Shown: in pieces, positions 37,401 to 46,400 of the stretch
Position numbering within the stretch: the stretch's first letter is position 1
Layout of the letters: every line of letters starts with the position of its first letter
Assembly (NCBI GenBank): GCA_964106915.2
Contig: OZ066916.1
Strand: one strand, 5' to 3'
Length of the DNA stretch: 64,000 bases
DNA from: Podarcis gaigeae
Lineage: Eukaryota
Made by a program: the position numbers and the translations under genes
Notes under the pieces: model-generated
The model's input: only the letters and a program-made list of their open reading frames with translations
Database searches by the model: none
What the model was told of the DNA's origin: nothing

Positions 37401-40400
37401 AGAGTTGGGAGTTGAACAGCATCTGAAGGGCCACAGCTTCCTCATCTCTGGTTTTACTTACATTTTGATTTATTTATTTTTTTGGATGTTGATTTAATCA
37501 GTATTTTAAATGTCTATTTTATACAAACCACTTGGAGGTCTTGACGATTAAGTGGCATATAAATATCTTGTTAAATATAAATATAAATAAATAAATGTCT
37601 TACTCACAGGTAAGTGTGCATATAATCACAGCCTAACAGTGGAGGACTTGGACTTTAAAATTTCAGCGGTGCCTTGTGTGGTGCCAAAATTTGGTGTCCA
37701 ACCCCACCTTCAGTTGTTCATCACTGTTGTGGTACCCCCTGCGGTGCCCTCTCAGCTGAACCGGTCACACTCCCTATAATCCGCCTCTGAGCCCAATTTG
37801 TATTTCAGCAGTAAATATTCTGGGAGCACCTGATATTGTGGCAATGTTAAAGTTAAGAAGGTGTGGTCCTTATCTGTGCTTTGATGAGATAACAGGAGGA
37901 GTTGCAGAGGAGTTGCTGATAAGTCATTGTGTTCTTTCTAAAGGAAGAATGCAGCAGAATTGTAGCAAATGGAACTTAGGCTGCTTGAAATGTGTGCAGG
38001 TTTTTAAAACAAAAGTATTTCCTAAAAAGGACTTCAAGCAGGTGTCTAATTCTTGTAGTCCAAAGCATGTTCTATGTGGCCCTATGAAAATATAATAAAT
38101 CACTCTGTAAAAGAGAGCGCAGGAATCTTCATCATACCCTTATCTAAGCAAACCGAAAACAGCAGGTGTGCCTCCTCTGGGTGGGTTGAAAGTGCAGGTT
38201 CATGCATCAGGTAAAGTGGCACATTTTAATGAGTCATTCATTTTTATCTAGGCCTTACTGGCTAAGGGGGGGGGGGGAGAATTATTTGCTTCCACAGATT
38301 AGACCTTAACTTTCTGCAGAACCATGGAACTGGTACGTTGGATCTTTTGGAATTCAAGATACTTTGGATGAAGATTCAGAAATATCTGGTAAAACAGCTC
38401 TTTTCTAAATGTATTCTTTCTCTTTGATCCATAAATGGATGAGAAATGGAGCCCTGAATGCCAAAAATACAGTTGTTGGGTGGTTTTTTTTGGGGGGGGG
38501 GGAAGTATGGAATGTACATGTAATGGTCCCAAGGGTAGGAAATAGTCTTGTATCCCATGGACAGCTAAGGATGTGGGTGGTGCTGTGGGTTAAACCACAG
38601 AGCCTAGGGCTTGCCGATCAGAAGGTCGGCGGTTCAAATCCCCGCAACGGGGTGAGCTCCCGTTGTTCGGTCCCAGCTCCTGCCCACCCACCTAGCAGTT
38701 CGAAAGCATGCCAGTGCAAGTAGATAAATAGGTACCGCTCTGGCGGGAAGGTAAATTGTGTTTCCGTGCGCTGCTCTGGTTCGCCAGAAGCGGCTTAGTC
38801 ATGCTGGCCACATGACCCGGAAGCTGTACGCCGGCTCCCTTGGCCAATAAAGTGAGATGAGCGCCGCAACCCCAGAGTTGGTCACGACTGGACCTAATGG
38901 TCAGGGGTCCCTTTACCTTTTACCCATGGACAGCTACCCATATTTTTAAATGCCTCCTCCCTAATTAAGCATGGGCATCCACTGGCATTTTTATGGGTGT
39001 TTTTATGTGAAAAATGAAAAACACTAAAAGCATAGAGCAGGCTAGTTTTTCGTAAAGAGTGAGAAGAATCGGCTCTGTACATTTTGCCTTGTATCTCAGG
39101 TTCTACAAATGCTAAAAAGCTAAAGGTCACATCTGCACTATACATTTAAAACATGACTAAGGATTCATGGGGTATCTTGGGAATTGTAGTTTGTTAAAGA
39201 TGCTGGGAATTGTAGCTGTGTGAGTTTAGCACCCTTAATGAACTACAGTCATGTGACCCGATTTCTTTTTTTTAATGGAAGCTGGGAGTCATGGGAATAA
39301 CAACAATATTAATAATTTTATTTGTACCCTGCCCATCTGACTGACTTGCCCCAGCCACTTTGAGCGGCTTCCAACATATATAAAACATAACAAAAACCTC
39401 CCTATACAGGGCTGCCTTCAAGTGTCTTCTAAAGACTGTATAGTTACATATCTCCTTGATGGGAAGGCATTCCACAGGACGGGTGCCACTACCGAGAAGG
39501 CCCCCTGCCTGGTTCTCTGTGTCTGCAGGCTACCTCACTTGTCAGAGGCAGATTGCTTCTGAAAACCAGTTGCTGGCCAACAAAAGTAGGAGAAATGCTG
39601 TTGCCTCTGGGTTCGAAATGCACACTTCCTTCCCCTAGGCCTCTGATTGGTCACTCTGAGAAGAGGATACTGGACTCAATTAGGCCTTGGGCCTAATTCC
39701 TCACATCCTTAATAATTGAGAGTAGGATGGGAGAATGCTAAATGTCTTCCGACTGTTAGTTTGGCACCTGCCACACACATGAAAATGACATGAAAATTAT
39801 GCTACTTATATGCAACTATATTTCCTATCGGGCCCTCGGTACTCAACATTTTGATTACTTTTGCAGTAGTGGATGAAAGTGTGAAAGAACAACTGTGGCA
39901 GAACTTCCTACTGAGTTACAGGCCAGAATAGCTTCTAATTACACAGCTAGAGCTGGATAAGAAGCCATTTGGCACCGAGAACTGTCTGTTGTTCTTTTAA
40001 AGTATTAATCTCAATAGAGTTTTATATTACAGCCTTTGCCAGAGGAAGGGGGTTATTTCTCAAAGGCCCGTTTGCCATGTGGGTGGGCAAGTTGCCAGCC
40101 CTGTGGGAGCCATTTCCCAGGGCACACAGCTTGCCATTAGTTAATTGAATTCCTCCCTCTCCTTCAGTCATTAACGCTTTCAGAGAGAGGAGGCTCCCTT
40201 GCCAGGCATGAGCAGCAGCGAATATCCTAGCCAAACTGATAGGTCTTCTAAAATTAGCCTAAAATGACAACCAACAGCCTTCCCTATTTCTTTGGCTTAG
40301 GAAATCTATAAGAAAGTGGATACTGACTTTTCCGGGACCATAGATGCACATGAAATGAGAAATGCTCTCACGGAAGCAGGTCAGTATCCAAAATGTAGAG

Positions 40401-43400
40401 ATGTGGGAGAAATCCAACTTTTTTTTGAATTGGAACAAGAAGCCACCTAATGTGCATTTCTTGAATCAATATATGGTGCAGAAAACAGTTCTCCTGTGAA
40501 CTTTGCACTTCTCTGAATTTTGCAATGCAGTCGTCGAACCAATCACTGGGTACAAAATGCATATTTTCAGGGAAAATGTGCATAAATATGCATACCTTAA
40601 TGAAAACAACATAGAAAGGTGTATTATATTAGGGGAAATTGCTTGCAAAAATGTGTATACAATCATACCTTGGGTTACAGATGCTTCAGGTGGCGTTTTT
40701 TTGGGTTATGGACCGCCGAAACCTGGAAGTACCGGAACGGTCACACATGCACAGAAGCGCCAAATCGCAACCTGCGCGTGCGCAGACACACCGCTGCGGA
40801 TTGCGAACATGCATCCCGCATGGATCACGTTCGCAACCCAAGTGTCCACTGTATTAGTTAAAACTATATACAAGAATGCAGTAGCACCCAGGGTGGGGCA
40901 AGTTTTCCACCCCCTGGTGGGCTGGGCAGCTGAGGTGTGGGTGCACCTCAGCCTCCTTGCCCATTGCCCCCATCTACCTGTCCACTAGTCCAACCCACCT
41001 GCCACTGTTCCTCAGCTGCCAGGGCACAGTGCGTGTCGTGGGCCCCCCTGATTGCTCTCCCTCAAAAATGTGTGCCTGGGGCCACCCCCCTGCCTCGCAT
41101 ACTACGACTCTGCAAGTAGGTGTATATGCGGAGAAATTTGCATTAACATGCATTTCCATGATTTTGTTTTTTTAAAGACTCAAATAGGGGAATTTGGATA
41201 AATAAATTTAAGATGGGAAACACAAAAATTGAAACTGACTGATTTGTCCATCCCTACTGTGTGTCAGTGGTCTTTTGTGTGACCTCTAAGGTACCCAATC
41301 CTCCATGTCAAGGAATCTTTTACATCTGCCATAGAGCTCAAGTGTATTGCAAATGATTCTGGGACATGTTCTTAGATGCCCATTCATATGAGGCACAGAC
41401 TGGGCTTGTTGGGCCTCATAATTATCCTGCTTGAATTGAGAATATGACTCAGAACATCCCCAGCAGCAGACTCATGCAGCTGTGCTTCGACAGAGATGGC
41501 GGACAGCGTGCTGGTGATGGCGAGTCTATATTCCAGGGAAACTTTCAGGAATTAGGGCCTTGCAACAAAATGTTGCCACATGGAATGCTTCTGTTTGGCA
41601 CTCCTGACACTCTATTCCACCCCCATTCTTTTCCTTGATTCTCTCTCCAGCCATTGGTCACCTTTCTATGCACCCTGCGCATGCTCAGCCCTCATTGGAC
41701 CCCACTTGGGATATTTACCCTCCATTTCTGGGTTTTTGGAAGGGGGAGAAGACATGCAGGTGCCAATCCCAGCTACGTTAAAAATTTTCTCTATTGATCT
41801 CTATGGGCATCTCTCATTTAAGTCCCTGAGGACATATGAAAATGTGAACCATTGCGTGGCCTATCTAAACAGTGGCATAGCTGTCTCTAACTTTTTTATG
41901 TCCAGCTGTTTCTTCCTCCATCCTCTTTTCCCAGCCACGACATTGCCAGCACAAAGACTGCAGTGGTTTCTGCAGGGGGTGAGAAGGAGGCATCAGATCA
42001 CCCTCTCCAAGCTTGTACTTCTCCCTGTGCCCTTGGAGAGGAAAATTCCATGTTTCATGTGACAGCTGGGCATCCTCCCAGGGCCCATAGTGGGACCAGT
42101 GTCTCTTCTCATGCAGGTCATATGCATCAGCTTCACTTGGCTCCAATCCTCCCTTCTCACCTCACAATACCCTCTGCAAACTGAGGATAATATTTCAAGC
42201 ATTTGATGAAGTGGACTGTAGTCTACAAAAGCTTATGCTACAAAGCATCTATTAATCTTTAAAGTGCCGCAAGGATCTTTGTTGTTTCTATAGGGGGTGG
42301 ATGGGGATCATCTGGTCTTTGGGGGGGAGGGCAGATTATCGCCACAATATGGGAAATTGCTGACTTTCCAGCAAATGTGTTCCTCCATTCTGGCCAGCAA
42401 ACTGTGACTTCAGCCTCGGCTTAAATGAAGCTTTAGGAAATGGATAGGAAGTATATCCTGTGCACGAAACTGACTCCCTGCAATGGATTTCGTTTGGCTG
42501 GAACCCCAGGAGTGCATTAAGGCTTCACTAATTAGGTGCTTCTCTTCTGAATATAGGTCAAGGGAATTCCCGTGAATTGGCATTAAAATGAGTCATTTTA
42601 GAAAACATTATGAGGGAGTGTTAGGTCTTGAGAACAATGGGGACTGGAAAGGAAAACATAATAATAGACCAACAAACCTGCCAGGATGGAATAGCTAATA
42701 ATACTTCATCACTGCCTGTCTGCAGCTGTTTTGTTGTTGTTGTTGTTGCTATTGTTGTTGTTATTCATTTCATTTCTATACTGCTTTATATTTTAAAGAA
42801 AAAGATCTCAAAGCGGTTTACAACACATCTAAACATTGTATAAAACAATCCAGAATGAAACAAATGCAAGCTTCAGGAAAATATTTCAATTCCTTCTCCA
42901 AGTGAAATTTTGCTTCTGCCACATTTATTTACCTACTTAATTTATATAGCTGCCCCATAGCAGAAGTACTATAAACTGCACAAAACAGGTGCAATGAAAC
43001 AGCGGTGTAGATCAACACCAAACATTGTGTTACTCATGCCTGGCTTTCCTTTCCACATAGGCTTCACTCTTAACAACAAAATCCAGCACAGTATAGCTCT
43101 CCGTTATGCTGGCAGCAAGATGACCATTGACTTTGATGGCTTCGTGGCCTGCATGATTCGCCTAGAGACTCTCTTCAGTAAGTCTTCCTGAAGTAAAAGG
43201 AGGTAGAGTGATAGAAAATACTCTGGAGTGTCTCCCTTACCACCACCCCGGCTTTTCTCTAACAAGCAAAAGAGCTATCCCTATTTTTAACCTGAGCACA
43301 AACAACTGTGTGTCAAGGAAAAAGGGACCAAAATGTCTGTAATTTGCCAAATTAGATAAGTAACCAACTACTCCCAAGCTAGTGTAAGATCCCAAAGCTT

Positions 43401-46400
43401 GTCAGACTCTGCTTTTGACAAAACAAATACAGGGACTCAGATGCAGAAGACATTCTATCCCCCACAAGGTCTAATAGGATCTGCCAAAGGGAATGATTTG
43501 CAAACCTCACCCAGTGTGTGACTGCCATCTTGCTATACAGAGAATGGTGTAGCTGCCCAAATATGCCAGTTTAGATGCTTTCCAGACAAGGATTGCACAA
43601 GAATATACAATGACCAGATCATCTTAATTGCATTCCTCCCCATGCCCCATCTAGTGTCTCTGCTACAGGGAAACCACTTTTCCAATCTCATTTTCATTCA
43701 AGATAGTGCAGGTGCTCCATTGTGAATGGAATAGGCAATGTGACTGTGAGACTCTATAGGCATCTGCTGGATGCTATCTGTGACATCCCCAGTGACCAGC
43801 AGCTCAATTCTTCCAACTTTCATGCCTTTGCTGTTTTGCCATTTTATAAGTATTTAAAATACTTTTTAAAAAACACAAAAAACCAGTCTTTGGAAGCTGA
43901 GCAGTCGCTTATATACCACCACAGCTGGAAGTACTAAGTCAACCCTTTAAAGTCACCAACACCATAGGAAGATGTCTGATACCAGACCACTGGCCCATCT
44001 AGCTTAGTGTTGTCTACACTGACTGGCAGTGGACCTCCAGGGTTTCAGGTGGGACATTTTCTCTACTACCTGAGGACAGTAGAGATTCAGTCTGAGATCT
44101 GGGACAAAGCAAACCCTTTGCACTGAAGTAACCTGATTTGAAGAAGCCAGGTTTTCGGAATTATGCCCCCTCCTCAGGTTTTGTATTTCTCATGTACCAA
44201 ATGCTACTGTTTAACTATAACACCTGCTCTTTTTTTGCCACTCAGAAATGTTTCAGATGCTAGACAAGGATAAGCACGGAGTTGTCCAGCTCTCTCTGGC
44301 TGAGGTAATGATGACTGAATTAAGCTTCTGCACAGTTGCATTATGACAGATTGGTGGTAATAAGATGCCCAAATAAAAGCACCACTGCTTTTAAATCACA
44401 CCTATTTATTATTATTTCTAGTAGTACTGATGCAGCTAGGATACCTGTTAAAACCACAGCTCAGCATGTTAAGATGGAGAGCACATCTTAGTGGATAAGC
44501 TCACACATTATAATTCACTGACTGGAATATATTTGGATGCATGAGGTAGAATCCTGGGTAGTCTTTAGCCCCAGTAGATAGTAAGATCAAGGTGGCAATA
44601 AAGAGCCAAGTTCTAGCCCTTTTAACCATGCATTCATCTGCTTTCTGCTTTGGGAGCAATGTGTGCTCTCATTGCCACTCAACTGGCAGGCGCTAGCAGC
44701 ACACATTCATATACTTTGTACTAATGAAGCAAGCCTCATCGAAGGGACACTTCCACCACCAGCCAGCTGATTGGAGCTGGGAGTGCATCTTCAGTGGAGA
44801 TTATTGTAACAACCCACCAGCTGATTGGCAGTCACACCAATCCCTTTGAAATTTGATGGGTTACATGACGTCAGGTGATTGACAGGGGGGTCTGTCCCAC
44901 CCACCTGGCAAAGTTGGGCTGTACTGGTCGGCTCCATCTGCTGGCTCAAAGATAGGGAATCTTCTTCTGCATTCCCTTGGGGATAATTTGCCTGGGCTTC
45001 ATGTAACTGGTGGGCAGGCCCCAAACCATAAATGGACAGAACAACTATTTTCTTCCATTTTTTTGTCTCTCCCTTTTCCTTTCCACCCAACGGGCTGCCA
45101 GAGTTGGGACATCCTTGCCAGAGCCCAGAACTGATTGTTTGCAAGAGTTTTCTCCTCTTAGCCTTCCATTGCTTGATCTGTTCCAGCTTCTCCATCTCCT
45201 GCCCTCCTTTCTCTCTCCATTTCCCCCTTTCCTGGCTTGAAATGAGGTCAAAGGCTGCAGGTTGCCCACACCTGTACTGGCCTAGGACCCTCGTACCTAC
45301 GGGACCGCCTCTCCCAGTATGCCCCACGGAAGACCTTAAGGTCCATAAATAGCAACACCCTAGATGTCCCGGGCCCTAAGGAAGTTAGATTAGCTTCAAC
45401 CAGAGCCAGGGCCTTTTCAATACTGGCTCCGGCCTGGTGGAATGCTCTGCCTCATGAGACCAGGGCCCTGTGGGATCTGATTTCTTTCTGCAGGGCCTGT
45501 AAGACAGAGTTGTTCTGCCTGGCCTTTGGCTTAGAATCAATTTGATTCCCCCCCTTTCTTTTTTCCTTTCTCTTCCTGTGAAGAAGCTGCATTTTAATGC
45601 TTTAATGTTGTAATTTAATCTTGTTTTTATTATTGGTTGTTAGCCCCCCTGCGCCTGGTCTTGGCTGGGGAGGGCGGGGTATAAATAAATAAATTATTAT
45701 TATTATTATTATTATACAAGCCAGGTGCTGTAAACAAGGATGAGTAGGTGAGCAATGGTCGCAGCAACAGCAATGAGAGTCTGGAATGGGATTCTCTGGC
45801 TTCAGCAGCTGACAAAACCCAAAACTGGAGGTCTTCATAACCTTCAGCATGAATTTCTGCTTTCTTCTGAGCAAAAATGGCTAGATTTGGGCACCGAGTT
45901 TTTAAAGCCAAAAACAATAATGCTGTCAGAGCTAGTATTGTCAAATTCATCAGGAAAACGTAGGCTATATATGGACAGCAATCCATTTTGTCACATAGGG
46001 AGCAGGATATAAATATATTTCTGTTATGATCACTCTGTGTTCATCTTTGTTATCCACCTTCAAAGGGAATGAGACAAAACAACTGAAAACGTGCATGAGG
46101 GAAGCAGTTCTTGCCCAGAATGAGGTGAAAATAAGTGACCTGATAGGTCTTAGCAATGATCTAGATGTTATGAGTGATGATTCTTTTTTTCTCTCCTTAT
46201 TTTGGCTAGAATACAAAAGATGTCAGGGCCTGCTGTAGTCAGAGAAAGGAACCTTGCTGTGAAACTATAATGAAAGCCACATCCATCAGAGATGTTAGGA
46301 GCATTCAGTTTTATTTAATGGCATTTGGGAAGCAGACTCTGACCTACCTTTTCTTCTGTCAGCCAGCAAGAAATTTGATGTGTTTTCATGCGACATGTCT

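Larger units (their letters stand above)
33447..38319 (+). other. U12-type (minor spliceosome) GT-AG intron 16 of CAPN8
   Basis: The 5' site GTATCCTTT is the U12 consensus. The branch site ACCTTAAC (38303-38310) lies about 10 nt from the terminal CAG, with almost no pyrimidine tract. Confidence 0.92.
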
